A stretch of DNA of 46,788 nucleotides from Acanthaster planci (GCF_001949145.1 NW_019091357.1:2577920-2624707), one strand, 5' to 3'. Positions 12,201-22,536 are shown, counted from the stretch's first letter. Notes: generated by a model from the letters alone, not told the origin. Translations and numbers: made by a program.

Positions 12201-15200
12201 ACCATGCTTTCCGCATGAAAGTCGATTTATATGTGAACCACCGTCCCCCAAACCAGGCTGAAGTCGGTATTTGTGATGTTGGGCAATTACTCTAGTTCAG
12301 TTTTTTCTAACACTTTGAAGTGATCCATGTTAAATCCAAATTCTGTCCGTAGAAAGCTTTTTACGGGTAGTGATAGCTGTAAAACTCCCATGAAAATCTG
12401 AACAGTGGAAGTTCCATTATTTCGCAGTTATGAAGTTACCCACTTCAGCCTGGTTTTGGGATGGTGGGTCACATATATCTTACTTCCTGTTGACAAGTTA
12501 TGTAAAACTTACTTGTCAAAGTAGCAATGCTCTTGTTTGATGTCTCACTAGGAAAGACAAGGCTTACTTGATGCTTGAAAATAAGTAGTTCATTTTTTTA
12601 AAAAGTTTGTTAACTTCCACACCATTTCCAGTGTGGTTTGTAGATGTTAACTTTTGTGAGTGGTTTCCAGTTTTGGAAATAGGCTCCCCAAAACTAAACA
12701 TCCATCTTTAGGACTCCAGGAAGCTAGGAAAGCACAGAGATACCCTTTCATCACCGTCCACCTCTACAACCCAGGTCCAAATCCGGCCCAGGGATATGAA
12801 TTAGGCTTTCAGTCAGTAGCGAGATTGCCCCGGACTTTAAGGGCACTCCCTCAACTCCCAAAAGGAAAATTCCTTTTGTACAGAAGCTCCTTCATTGGTT
12901 CAAAACGTTACCCATGCAAAATGTTGGGGCAATTTCCCGACTCGGTTTGCATTTGTATCCGCTGATGAGGATTCTTAAGGTGTAATATTTTGATGAAATA
13001 TTCACAATTATGATGATTTTTCCCAATTTGTTGGTTGGTAGCAATCCAACATGTGGCAAGATGCTCTGAGAGTGTGCAAGGAGTACGTGCCTCACAAGCT
13101 GAAGCAGCTGCAGGACGAGTATGATCGAGAGGTGCTCAATAAAGGATCACGGTGGGTGGCAGTTTGTGTCGACTTCCGTATTGGGAGGATTTAAAATTTG
13201 AAGGGAGGGAGAACTTGATCTCTGACTCTCTCAATCCATTAGGGTGGGTTCTGGTGTCAGTGAACCCACTGATCGTGATNNNNNNNNNNNNNNNNNNNNN
13301 NNNNNNNNNNNNNNNNNNNNNNNNNNNNNNNNNNNNNNNNNNNNNNNNNNNNNNNNNNNNNNNNNNNNNNNNNNNNNNNNNNNNNNNNNNNNNNNNNNNN
13401 NNNNNNNNNNNNNNNNNNNNNNNNNNNNNNNNNNNNNNNNNNNNNNNNNNNNNNNNNNNNNNNNNNNNNNNNNNNNNNNNNNNNNNNNNNNNNNNNNNNN
13501 NNNNNNNNNNNNNNNNNNNNNNNNNNNNNNNNNNNNNNNNNNNNNNNNNNNNNNNNNNNNNNNNNNNNNNNNNNNNNNNNNNNNNNNNNNNNNNNNNNNN
13601 NNNNNNNNNNNNNNNNNNNNNNNNNNNNNNNNNNNNNNNNNNNNNNNNNNNNNNNNNNNNNNNNNNNNNNNNNAAATCCATTAGGGTGGGTTCTGGTGTC
13701 AATGAACCCACTGATCATGATCCAGATCCTTTTTGAACAAGCCTGTGATCTTCCCAAATGTCACACTTCACATGTTTTCTGGATATGCAGAGGTGCGGAC
13801 ACGCTGGTGGGCCAGGCCAAAGAGTGGGAAGCATCCGGAGAGTATAACAGAGCTGTGGACTGCTATCTGAAGGTCACTACCCAACAGACTAATGACGAGA
13901 AGGTCCTAGTGGCCTGCTGGACAAAGGTGAGATTGAATGACCAGTCTGCAAGAACATTTGTCGAACGGATACCTAGAAAAACCAAGTGGCCTGCTGTGCA
14001 GAAGTCACACTGAGTGACCACTGTCTTGAGATAACTACTTTGATCGAGGCTTGGAGATTGTTAAAAGTCTTGGACAAAGCCAGGAAGGAGTGACCAGTGA
14101 CCAGATCGTGAATACCAAATGATATTTTTTTTTGGCTCTACAGGCTGCCGAGCTGTCACAGAAGTTCCTGGACACACCCAAAGCCCTCAGCGTGGTGCGC
14201 ATCGTCGGACCGAGACTGGCAGACGTCCAGAAATATAAGGAGGTAACTTCTGATTTCTTTTTTCCCGTTAGTTTTCACATGGCACCGATAGGCACAAATC
14301 CATCTGCAAGCTTGAAAGGTGTCGCTGAAATCTGCCCTGGACAGTAGAGCCAGCCTGCACTTCTTAGGAATGTCTGCATTCGATATTTTCTTCCACATTG
14401 TAGAAAAAAAGCATCGTAGCTAGTATTGGCAGAAATGGGTCTTGAACTAAAAGCTTCCTGTCACGGTAGTCATCAGAAGAGTCCACTGCCTTTCTCTTTC
14501 ATAATTTACACCCACGTTGTCATTTCTGAAATGCCGGAATCATTGCTGTTGAATTGTTTTCCTCCAAATGATCCACTCCCTCGAGTTCCTCCTTTCCACT
14601 TCTTTTGAATTACCGCCTGTCTCCATGGGTGTTTGTTTCTAACTGATCCCTGCCGACCTCTTCCACAGGCGGCCGAGATATATCTCAGCGTGGATATGAT
14701 CAAGGAGGCCATCGACACCCTGATGGAAGGCGGGGAGTGGAACAAAGCCAAGAAGGTGGCCAAGGAGTTGGAGCCTCGCTACGAAAACTACGTGGACACC
14801 AAGTACAAGGAGCACCTGAAGAGCGAGGGCCAGGCCGAGTCGGTAAGTCTCGGGGGGAGAATCTTGAAAATGTAAGGTACAGATTTGTTACTCTCTGCTG
14901 GTCTAGATCCGCCACTCGGTTGTGCAGCGTCCAGGACAGCTTCTCAAAGGAGCATCTCAGACTGAGAACGTTAAAGAAAGAAACATTCCAGTTAGTTGGA
15001 ACACTGTTCACTTGGAAGGGATTCGCGAAACTTTCTGACGAAAATTGTCGGTAAAATTTCCAGATTTTCCTGAACATATACTCATAGGATGTTTCTAAGG
15101 GTCATTTCACAGCCAGCTAATCCTTATCAGTGTATTAGAAAACTATGAAAATGTTGGCTCATGGTAAATCCAGGGAAGATTAGTGCTTTGAATGATTTAT

Positions 15201-18200
15201 AAGGGATCAAGATCACCATCGTGATATCCCCAGCTACTCGGTAATCATTTTCTTGACATTTTGGACTCGTTTGCCAATTCATGGCCTTTCCACTGTTGTA
15301 GTTAATCGGCGTGGATGTCATTGCTGCCCTGGACATGTACGCCGGCCGCGGCGAGTGGGACAAATGCATCGAGACCGCCGAGAAGCAGGGCTTCAAGGTG
15401 CTGCACAAGTACGTGGCCCTCTACGCCACCCACCTCATCAAGGAGAACCAGATCCACAAGGCGTTGGACCTGTACGTGCAGCACGGCGCCCCTGCCAACC
15501 CACAGGTGAGATTGGCATTTTGGGGGGTATTCACCCGTGGTCAGCAAGGGGGGTGGCACTGTTCATTACTGCCTCTTCTGTTAGCTGTTGCGCCATTTTG
15601 CCGATGAAAACACCAGTGGACATATGTGATACAACATATGTGATACGAACTTGTGGATCACAAGTCGACGGAGAAACTTTTAAGTGAAAGCCCTTTAAAA
15701 ATGGGTCTTAAGGAATTGTCCTTGAAAAATTACATTTTTAAAATTTATTTTCCAGGTTGAACGTGAAAGTTTCTTTTGCCTTTCATGAAGAGTTTGTTTG
15801 CTCAAATTCCTTCGGCTGGCTATTTAATGTTGATTGTTTTTTTTCTTTTTACTTTCTGCAGAATTACAACATTTATAAGCGCCTTGTGATGGAGCTGCTT
15901 TCCAATCCCCACATGAATCAGGCCGAGGCGTACCGCAACTGGGCTGACCTGAGAGACGTACTTCTCAACCTGGTAAGTCACTGTCCCCTCCTTGGCCAAA
16001 AGTTTCAGGTGTGAAACTGCGTGATTTTTGGAATCGATTTGGGGGACCTTAAAATGTTTGAAAAATGCTGGTAGGAGGGATTTAACGGTCTTGGAAAATT
16101 TTGGAAAATCCTTGGAAAAATATCCTGAAATGTCATGGAAAAGTATGGAAAATTGGGAAAAATAGGGTGTCCTGGAATCTTGTTTTGAGATGAAAAACAG
16201 TCATGAAATGTCATGGAAATCAACATCATGCAAGGGCTATTTTTGCTGGGCAGTTTTGATGAGATAATAGAATGATACATTTATTGGTTCTATTCTTGTC
16301 TGTCTGCAGTAGTGGCTATGGCAATCTTCCAGTTCATAATAGAAAGCAATATTTCCAGGCAAAATGGCATTAAATATCATGGAAATTGTCACATTTTAGT
16401 CCCAGACAGTCCTGGAAAAGTTGTGGAATTTGGTTTTAAGATTGCTGTGGGAACCCTGCGGTATGACTTGTCCTTATCTCGTTTGCTTGGAAGTGTGACC
16501 ACGTGGCCAAGTCATCGGATGCCAACACAGCCCAGCACGAGGAGTTTGAAGCCATGTTGACTATCGCCCACTATTATGCCACCCGGAGTGTGTGTATGGG
16601 AACCCAGAACCTGGTAAGTCCCATCCAATCCGACTTCTCACCGCTGGCTTTTGAAGCAAAATGCAATGTTCAAAGCATGCCGGTAGAGCATTATGAAGCG
16701 CACGTGACTAAGGTAACATCAGAAATGATTGAGTATAGCTTGCAGACATGATGTCGTCTGTGGATGTGGCTTGGGCTAGCTCCATAGATGCGTGCGATGT
16801 GGCCAGCCGTAGTGAGCTAAGCCATTTCTATTCGGGCTCATTGGCACCGACTTTGTCCGTTTTGGATGTCAGGCTTTTCTGTCTGCTTGTACGTTTGTAG
16901 TCAAGATCATCTCAAGACTAGACGTAAGATTAGCCACAGGGATAGGAATGCATAGACGATTTTGCATTAAGAACGTACTGCGAGTCCGGCATTGTAGTTA
17001 AGACCTCTTCAAACATCGCAAGACCACCACAAGACCTCCAGTCCGAATTCAGGTCACAAGCTAATCAAATGAACTGCAACAAAAGCATTCCTTTGTCACT
17101 GTTCACCCTGTTTTGTGACTGATCTTGTGACTGATCAGGTGTCTGGTCTTGTGACCAGTCTCATGGTCTCAACTACAACATGGGCATGCATCCTGTCCAT
17201 CAGCCTCACCTGTGTGTTTTGTTTAACAGGAAAGTCTGGCGGCCAGGCTGTCCATATCCCTGCTACGTCACACTGACATCATACCGGCTGACAAGGCCTT
17301 CTACGAGGCTGGAATGCACGCCCGGTCACAGGGCATGCTCAACATAGCGTTTGTCTTCCTCAACCGATTCCTAGATCTCACAGAGGTAAAAGAGCTAAGT
17401 GCAACATCACGACGCAATATGGTGCACCAAGTGTTGTCATTTCCTTGCAAATAGAATGCTACTTAGGCCAATATAGTTTAATGACTTCTTCATCTAGTTT
17501 GCCTGTTATTTTGTCTGTTAGTACATTGGGATTCCACTTTCAAGACAGAGGTATGCATTGTGTGTCGGTGTTCTCATCATTCAATATGAGGAAGACAATT
17601 AGACATGTTTAATTACACTAATTTCTGGGATAGAGATGACACTATTCATTTATCTTATTCCTATCCACAAAGTGGTAATATTTACTATTCCACCTGGCTG
17701 TAGAAGGCTACAGATAACACTGACCTCTGGGACAGAGATGAAGACAAGATTCATCTATCTTATTCCTATCCACAAAGCGGTAATATTTACTTTTTGACCT
17801 GGCTATAGAAGGCTACAGATAACACTAAGTCTGGGACAGAGATGAAGACACGATTCATCTATCTTATTGCTATCCACAAAGTGGTAATATGTACTATTCC
17901 ACTTGGGTATAGAAGGCTACAGATAACACTGACCTGTGGGACAGAGATGAAGACGCTATTCATTCATTCTAATCCTGTCCAAAAGTGTTAATATTTGCTA
18001 TTCTACCTGGCAGTAGAAGGCTATATAATCGGCAGTCTGAACTTGTTAGATAACACTGACTTCTCGGATAGAGGTATGGACACTATTCATTCACATGTCT
18101 ATCCTAAAAGTATTCCTATTTACTGTGTTACCAGGCTATTGAAGAGGGCAGCCTGGACATGTTGGATAACACCGACTTCCAGGATACAGACATCCCCTTT

Positions 18201-20229
18201 GAGGTTCCCCTTCCAGAGCGCCAGCATGTGCCGGTAGGATATACCCGTTGCTTTCAATGGAATATAACGAAAGGAATAAAAATATTTGAAAAACATACTG
18301 GTCGGACGAAACTAGGTCTAATAATCAGCAATTCGAAGCTCTTTATTACAGCTAGGAGAATTTCTGCAGTGCCTACCACCATTTTTAATGAAAGAATTAA
18401 AACATCTCTTTACCAATGTGTGTGTCCTTTGCTGAATTTATTTAAATTGGAAATGATATCAGTCAGTATATGAAAGAACTTCATACAATCCTGACTTTAA
18501 ATTTAATGCAGTTGGAGTAATTTGATTTATAATTTATGATTTTTATGAATTTAAAATAGCAATCAATTTTAATGTATGGAAGCCATTTTCAATATGATTA
18601 AGGCCTTGACTTTAGGTTGAATTAAGTTGGTTGTGAGCGAAAAAGAAATTAATCCCAAACAGTCAAATACTGGACTAATTCATTTTTTGGACACTAGCGT
18701 GAATTTTCGAGAAAGCGTGTTGGATTACGGTTAAACCTAGTCTTGATGGAACTTGCCTCCATAATTAACTGACTTGGTGCAGTCTGCTCACTACTTTTAC
18801 ATGTACTCTGGAAACCTTTTCCTTCCTGCTGCAAATTTTAATGGGAGCTAGAAATAATCGGGAATAATGCTTGAATTTGTCAGTGGTGCTGAAATGTTTG
18901 TCTGCATTCCGTAACTTTTCAGGAAGATAAAAAGGAGGAGGTGAAGGAATGGGTCCTGGCCGTGTCCATGGACCAGCAAGTGGAGCAATGTCTGGATCAC
19001 GACGAAAGAGACACCTACGTGGCCTCCTTGATAGCGGCTAACACCAACATACAATCACTACCATGCGTTATCACTGGTGAGCAATTCAAGTAGTATCCGG
19101 GACGGATACTATACATGTGATACATTTAATGTACTGTGTGATGTACTGGTGAAGTATAGAAAAAGTATCCGTGACAGATTCTAATACTGATCTACATTCA
19201 TGACGTGCTATTACTGTACTGTTAGGCTTGATATCAGTCATCATCACAATATAATTGTTACATTCAGATATTACTGTTGAGGTATACAAAGTGCTACTTT
19301 ATACCAAGATACAGTGAGTACATTATGTCATTGGTGAGTTTCACCAAGTTACAGTGAGCACATTATTTCATTGGTGAGTTTCACCAAGTTACAGTGAACA
19401 CATTATTTCATGGGGAAGTTTTACGAGTAGCATGCGCCATGAGAGTTAAAACAAGAGTATTTCTGATACACGTTGAGAAGGTAGTCCGATACCAGCATAC
19501 AGTACCTATCTTGGGGGTTGAAGACTCCGTGCTTTACAGACGGCTAAGTCATTGCGTCGTCGTTGAGACCGTGACGAGACCATGCGAGTGACTGGTCACA
19601 AGGAACAGGTTGAGCAAAAATAAAAGGGTGTTTTGTAGCTTGAATTCAGAGTGGAGGTCTTGGGTTGATGGTCTCGTGAGGGTCTTGCGGGGTCTTGTGA
19701 TAGCAGTAAAAGGTCTCGACCGCAAAACTTTAAGACTGTCTATAGGTCAAAAAGGAATGGATCAGCTAGTAGAACACACTAGACCGCCTTTTTGTTGAAA
19801 AAAGTGACCTGTTTGGTTGCAGGTTATCCCGTGCTGCGGAACAAACTGGAGTTTAAGAGACCGGGCAAAGCCGCCAACAAAGATGATTGGAACAAGTTCC
19901 TCATGGCCACAAAGGTAATACTCAAATCCTTGCACAAATGCATTCTCCATCTCCCAGTTATAATCTTGTTGTCCCCGCCCCCTTTCCAGCCCACAAGGAT
20001 AGATGTGGGAGGCCCCAAACGTGTATTTACATCCAGTGTTTTTACTCAAGCTTGGGCTCCGTTTCGACTTAATCTGCACAGATCCTACAGATTCTGATGA
20101 GGTTTGTGCCGTCACCTAGTTTTTGTCTTTTACCCGTAGATGTCGCACAGCCCCGACTGCCAAGACGTCTTGAAGTTCATCGGTCAGTGGTGCGGAGCAG
20201 CACCCAATCAGAGCTACACATTCCAGTGA
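152..20229 (+). CDS. IFT172: Intraflagellar transport protein 172 (WD40 + TPR, IFT-B), 5'-truncated by the window edge; 33 coding exons, about 1489 aa
   Basis: Exons joined by hand at GT-AG sites with consistent phases total 4471 nt (1 nt + 1490 codons including TGA). The peptide is colinear with vertebrate IFT172 as I recall it, from [17 protein letters not shown] through AMFLEDEGK and [29 protein letters not shown] to the C-terminus. Confidence 0.98.
738..896 (+). CDS. IFT172: IFT172 exon 2
   Basis: AG/GT flanked; [16 protein letters not shown]...KSHYGYE. Confidence 0.95.
915..1205 (+). repeat. Degenerate intronic minisatellite with GACTT-cored units of 10-11 nt
   Basis: ggactt/tgactt recurs about every 10-11 nt, often alternating to give a period near 21 nt. 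Confidence 0.85.
1268..1420 (+). CDS. IFT172: IFT172 exon 3
   Basis: AG/GT flanked; [13 protein letters not shown]...FFENES. Confidence 0.95.
1637..1740 (+). CDS. IFT172: IFT172 exon 4
   Basis: AG/GT flanked; [16 protein letters not shown]...MNPHLI. Confidence 0.95.
1957..2155 (+). CDS. IFT172: IFT172 exon 5
   Basis: AG/GT flanked; VRLNERKQ...DWLELNETG...FRDKRLR. Confidence 0.95.
2284..2410 (+). mobile_element. Decayed tRNA-derived SINE fragment with CORE-like domain
   Basis: Degenerate A box (ggcgtagtgttta) and B box (gttagaatc), then tgtgtccttgggcaa...tctccac...gtgtgaattg, resembling 26660-26725. Confidence 0.5.
2491..2658 (+). CDS. IFT172: IFT172 exon 6
   Basis: AG/GT flanked; LHLFDIDT...[12 protein letters not shown]...MFSIK. 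Confidence 0.95.
3314..3450 (+). CDS. IFT172: IFT172 exon 7
   Basis: AG/GT flanked; [11 protein letters not shown]...[18 protein letters not shown]. Confidence 0.95.
3855..4005 (-). mobile_element. tRNA-derived SINE remnant with V-domain-like segment
   Basis: B box GGTTCGAATCC on the minus strand at 3956-3966, followed by ggttttccctgg...ggttttcctcccacct. Confidence 0.55.
4118..4310 (+). CDS. IFT172: IFT172 exon 8
   Basis: AG/GT flanked; [10 protein letters not shown]...[10 protein letters not shown]...LAQEI. Confidence 0.95.
4743..4835 (+). CDS. IFT172: IFT172 exon 9
   Basis: AG/GT flanked; [14 protein letters not shown]...FLEQ. Confidence 0.93.
5364..5441 (+). CDS. IFT172: IFT172 exon 10
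   Basis: AG/GT flanked; [26 protein letters not shown]. Confidence 0.94.
5705..5953 (+). CDS. IFT172: IFT172 exon 11
   Basis: AG/GT flanked; [16 protein letters not shown]...GEFYER. Confidence 0.95.
6582..6660 (+). CDS. IFT172: IFT172 exon 12
   Basis: AG/GT flanked; AGDLFEK...KSFRR. Confidence 0.94.
6935..7010 (+). mobile_element. tRNA-like cloverleaf (pseudo-tRNA or SINE head) in an IFT172 intron
   Basis: A box TGGTCGAATGG; perfect T-arm GTGGG-TTCGAGC-CCCAC; anticodon-like arm TCTGC/GCAGG with an 8-nt loop; acceptor stem with a 3-nt insertion; T5 run just downstream. Confidence 0.65.
7310..7430 (+). CDS. IFT172: IFT172 exon 13
   Basis: AG/GT flanked; VELARASYP...WGDYL...NHYIEA. Confidence 0.95.
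7907..8051 (+). CDS. IFT172: IFT172 exon 14
   Basis: Acceptor ggaag| chosen by phase and homology; CSQKAIEAA...IRNFE. Confidence 0.88.
8176..8376. mobile_element. Foldback MITE-like element
   Basis: Imperfect terminal inverted repeats tatagtgtaattcgac...gtcgaatcagattagtctata with extended arm similarity. Confidence 0.5.
8427..8440. promoter_or_regulatory. RFX X-box motif (intronic)
   Basis: GTTGCTATGGTTAC; its reverse complement GTAACCATAGCAAC fits GTHNYYATRRNAAC. Confidence 0.5.
8841..8930 (+). CDS. IFT172: IFT172 exon 15
   Basis: AG/GT flanked; [10 protein letters not shown]...WEAAHK. Confidence 0.94.
9321..9334. promoter_or_regulatory. RFX X-box motif abutting a splice acceptor
   Basis: GTTTCCATGGCAAC is a canonical 14-bp X-box; the acceptor AG follows directly at 9335-9336. 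Confidence 0.55.
9337..9434 (+). CDS. IFT172: IFT172 exon 16
   Basis: AG/GT flanked; [15 protein letters not shown]...FREAE. Confidence 0.94.
10073..10208 (+). CDS. IFT172: IFT172 exon 17
   Basis: AG/GT flanked; [10 protein letters not shown]...THLHLAK. Confidence 0.95.
10496..10612 (+). CDS. IFT172: IFT172 exon 18
   Basis: AG/GT flanked; [12 protein letters not shown]...WDEAYR. Confidence 0.95.
11029..11171 (+). CDS. IFT172: IFT172 exon 19
   Basis: AG/GT flanked; VAKNHG...[11 protein letters not shown]...YATEN. Confidence 0.95.
11533..11691 (+). CDS. IFT172: IFT172 exon 20
   Basis: AG/GT flanked; [10 protein letters not shown]...AMFLEDEGK...KEAVL. Confidence 0.95.
12001..12181 (+). CDS. 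IFT172: IFT172 exon 21
   Basis: AG/GT flanked; YVHNQDWD...IKYYK. Confidence 0.95.
12228..12477. mobile_element. Non-autonomous DNA transposon (MITE), about 250 bp with TIRs near 36 bp
   Basis: tatatgtgaaccaccgtcccccaaaccaggctgaagt ... acttcagcctggttttgggatggtgggtcacatata. Confidence 0.8.
13042..13151 (+). CDS. IFT172: IFT172 exon 22
   Basis: AG/GT flanked; [15 protein letters not shown]...NKGS. Confidence 0.92.
13233..13721. repeat. 47-bp direct repeat on both sides of a 394-N gap
   Basis: 13233-13279 and 13675-13721 differ at 2 positions; gap is 13280-13673. Confidence 0.85.
13791..13926 (+). CDS. IFT172: IFT172 exon 23
   Basis: AG/GT flanked; [13 protein letters not shown]...ACWTK. Confidence 0.94.
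14144..14242 (+). CDS. IFT172: IFT172 exon 24
   Basis: AG/GT flanked; AAELSQKF...QKYKE. Confidence 0.94.
14669..14842 (+). CDS. IFT172: IFT172 exon 25
   Basis: AG/GT flanked; AAEIYLSVD...[12 protein letters not shown]...GQAES. Confidence 0.95.
15302..15505 (+). CDS. IFT172: IFT172 exon 26
   Basis: AG/GT flanked; [11 protein letters not shown]...HGAPANPQ. Confidence 0.95.
15862..15972 (+). CDS. IFT172: IFT172 exon 27
   Basis: AG/GT flanked; NYNIYKRL...[11 protein letters not shown]. Confidence 0.95.
16075..16458. mobile_element. hAT-like non-autonomous element remnant
   Basis: Right end gtgggaaccctg (CAGGGTTCCCAC on the minus strand), degenerate left end, many subterminal (ca)tggaaa repeats. 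Confidence 0.6.
16494..16613 (+). CDS. IFT172: IFT172 exon 28
   Basis: ggaag| acceptor, GT donor; CDHVAKSS...IAHYYATRS...GTQNL. Confidence 0.9.
16993..17178 (+). mobile_element. MITE-like repeat, family shared with 19550-19730
   Basis: Ends gtagttaagacc / ggtctcaactac with internal caagacc and gtgac repeats; homologous to the reverse complement of 19550-19730. Confidence 0.6.
17230..17385 (+). CDS. IFT172: IFT172 exon 29
   Basis: AG/GT flanked; [14 protein letters not shown]...[10 protein letters not shown]. Confidence 0.95.
17585..18134 (+). repeat. Tandem array (period about 102-105 bp, last unit about 127 bp) derived from the acceptor and 5' part of IFT172 exon 30
   Basis: Anchor ggga(t/c)agagatg at 17627, 17729, 17833 and 17938, with a variant at 18065. 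One unit still translates [13 protein letters not shown] against the exon's [13 protein letters not shown]. Confidence 0.88.
18135..18233 (+). CDS. IFT172: IFT172 exon 30
   Basis: AG/GT flanked; [33 protein letters not shown]. Confidence 0.95.
18923..19076 (+). CDS. IFT172: IFT172 exon 31
   Basis: AG/GT flanked; [17 protein letters not shown]...PCVIT. Confidence 0.95.
19303..19422 (+). repeat. 40-bp tandem repeat, 3 copies
   Basis: accaag(a/t)tacagtga..cattat(g/t)tcat starts at 19303, 19343 and 19383. Confidence 0.9.
19550..19730 (-). mobile_element. MITE-like repeat, inverted copy of the 16993-17178 family
   Basis: Reverse complement contains caagacctccactctgaattca and cttgtgaccagtc...ggtctcaacgac, matching the other copy. 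Confidence 0.6.
19823..19914 (+). CDS. IFT172: IFT172 exon 32
   Basis: AG/GT flanked; [10 protein letters not shown]...LMATK. Confidence 0.95.
20140..20229 (+). CDS. IFT172: IFT172 terminal coding exon 33
   Basis: gtag|[22 protein letters not shown]...YTFQ-TGA. Confidence 0.95.
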   Translation: MSHSPDCQDVLKFIGQWCGAAPNQSYTFQ

Positions 20230-20590
20230 ATTCATTGAACTGCCGTGTGTCCAAATTTGTCACGACAGTTCAAGTTTACGAAAATGACGGAAAATCAGAC
20301 CAGTGCTTTTCTTGTGAAATACATGTAGCAATACATGTACTTGTGTTGAGACGGCAGGTTTGAATAGATAGATTTCATTTCTTTTCAATTGTATTTAGAA
20401 TACACTGCTCCGGTAATCACTTTTGTTATTTTCATTTTGAAATGCTTTCGTCCGACTGTAAGGCGTCTATTCACGGGTGAGAAAGAAAAAGTCAAGAATA
20501 CCAGAAAAAGTGTAAGCATAATTGTAAGACATGATTGTCTAAACTCTGTGTATATGAGGGATACGTATGCCGACATTATATTCATATACA

Positions 20591-20596
20591 AATAAA
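20591..20596 (+). terminator. Candidate polyadenylation signal of IFT172
   Basis: AATAAA about 360 nt after the stop codon; a second AATAAA lies at 20900-20905. Confidence 0.45.
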
Positions 20597-21232
20597 AGTA
20601 GGGATTTAGCGTGGTCCTCAGTCATGCACAAGTTACTTTTGTGTATCGCACTCGAGGGCAGCTGGCAGAACCATTTTTTTTGGGGGGGGAGCGATTTTTT
20701 GCCGAGTGCCAAGAATTTGGAAATTTCTACACGTTTGAATCTATTGTGGCTTTTCTGAGGCCCAGGGCAAGGCTAAACTTTGGCCGTTTTACCCGGCTTG
20801 CGTTGGAACGGCATTAGAAAGCCCTTTTTGGGGGTAGCATGGCCCCCCTCGCCCTATCCTATCCACCAGTGATCATAATACTTGATGAATCGGCCAGTCA
20901 ATAAAGGTTACTCCCCGAGATGGTAGTTTTCATTTAAATTTTTGATACACGACCGTGTAACCCCTGCCTTGTACCACTCCATTAAAAGTGGCCAGTGATC
21001 TTAAGAAATCGAGCAACTTTTGGAATTGTAATCGGGAACATCGGTTATCTTGTAGTTGCCAGATTTGGAGCGTTCTGTTTCAGATTGTTGATAACATGAT
21101 TTGCGTTAATTTTTTGTGAATATTCCTACATACTGGAAGTCTGGTATCGGGCAAAATGTCTGGCCGGCTTACACCACCATTCATCGGAGGAACCCCTGTG
21201 ATTGTGTAAATTTGCCTGTGGGAACCAGGAAC

Positions 21233-21246
21233 CCGCCAGAGGGCGC
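21233..21246 (+). promoter_or_regulatory. CTCF-like motif
   Basis: CCGCCAGAGGGCGC between the convergent IFT172 and SLC16-like 3' ends. Confidence 0.4.
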
Positions 21247-22536
21247 GGCACTCATTGATTTGTGTATTTAGAAACAATTTTTATTACTAACTGTTCTGAG
21301 TGAGGTTTGGTTTATGACAGATTTTCGAAGCAAGTAATATTCCTGATACTGTTTACTCTGACAGTGAGTTATTAAAATTGCTATTAAAAATACATTCTAG
21401 CTGTCAAGGATGGTTCAAATCTGTGTAATTGTGCTTCAGTACAGTTTAATAATTTAATGAAGTTCTTCTAAACAGCCTCTAATGTAGATGGTGGTGTTTT
21501 AATTTAAGTGTTGCTGAATATTTATGAGTACAGACAAGGGCAGGTCGAGGACCGAATTCCCGAAGGGGGGAGTGGATTGTTTGGGGGGCTCAAAGTTATT
21601 AAACCAATGTTGTGATGTTACCCTATTCAGTAAAATGTCGATTAGCCTTGAGAATGTACAGTGTGGACTTTCTTCGAAAACTGACAGATCAAACTTTACG
21701 TGATAAACACACGAAAAGCACTCGTGACATTAAATTACGACGTCAAACACGGTGAGAAACGCTCTAAAAAATTGTAGAAACAGTAGATTGTTCTAGACGT
21801 TCAATACTCATTTTTTTTAGATTTGACGCGGCAACGTTTTCTGTTGAGACAAGCGATTTTTAATTAAAGTGAACCGCTCCTTCCATTCCACTATTTAACG
21901 TTTTGAATGTGTCTCTTTCAAAACGTCCATTTTATTTTTTTTCAATTTTAATTTAGATTTCCATTCTAATGGTATACGTATAATTTTTATTATTTTGATC
22001 CTTTTGGGGGGGGGTTCGTTTTAAAATTCACACGCAGCCACTTCACATTCGGTTAAACCTCAGTTTTAACTCCTCCGTTATTAAACAATTTTTTTTTAAG
22101 AACTTCAACAATCACAAAGTAACAATTTTGCAAAACAGATGAATCGTTTAGAAACTTACGTACGATACTTCCCAGATGAGTGAGATGAATTCCAAATGCA
22201 TGTTTCCAAACGGAAGAATTTCCTTTGGCGACCGGGGGATTTCAAAGAATAAGCACCTACTTCCACGGTTGTAAACGTCATCTTCATTTGAAGAGACAGT
22301 CATCAGTATGTAGTTCTCGTATCAGTCACTCAAGAAACTTGCTTCTTGGTGGTGTAGACAATCCCCAGCTCCGTACAGTCACATCGATAGCCGTTGCCAA
22401 CTCAAATTTAGCATATTTCTGCGACTAACATATAGATAGGCTATAAATCCATTTGGACCGTAAGACAGTGTACGTGCCGAGCGATACACTGATGGTGTCG
22501 ACTGCATGTCTGTGTGGTATTCCGCGTAAAGCAACA

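Noticed and set aside
13136..13757. Four long ORFs of 146-194 aa
   Set aside because: They are open only because they cross the N gap.
5672..15687. Antisense and alternate-frame ORFs overlapping IFT172 exons
   Set aside because: Shadow ORFs of GC-rich coding exons with no independent protein features.
17585..19422. CRISPR-like arrays (about 104-bp and 40-bp periodic repeats)
   Set aside because: Whole units repeat without unique spacers, they lie in introns of a eukaryotic gene, and no cas genes are present.
152..20229. U12-type or non-canonical introns in IFT172
   Set aside because: All 32 introns read GT-AG and none has a GTATCC/ATATCC donor.
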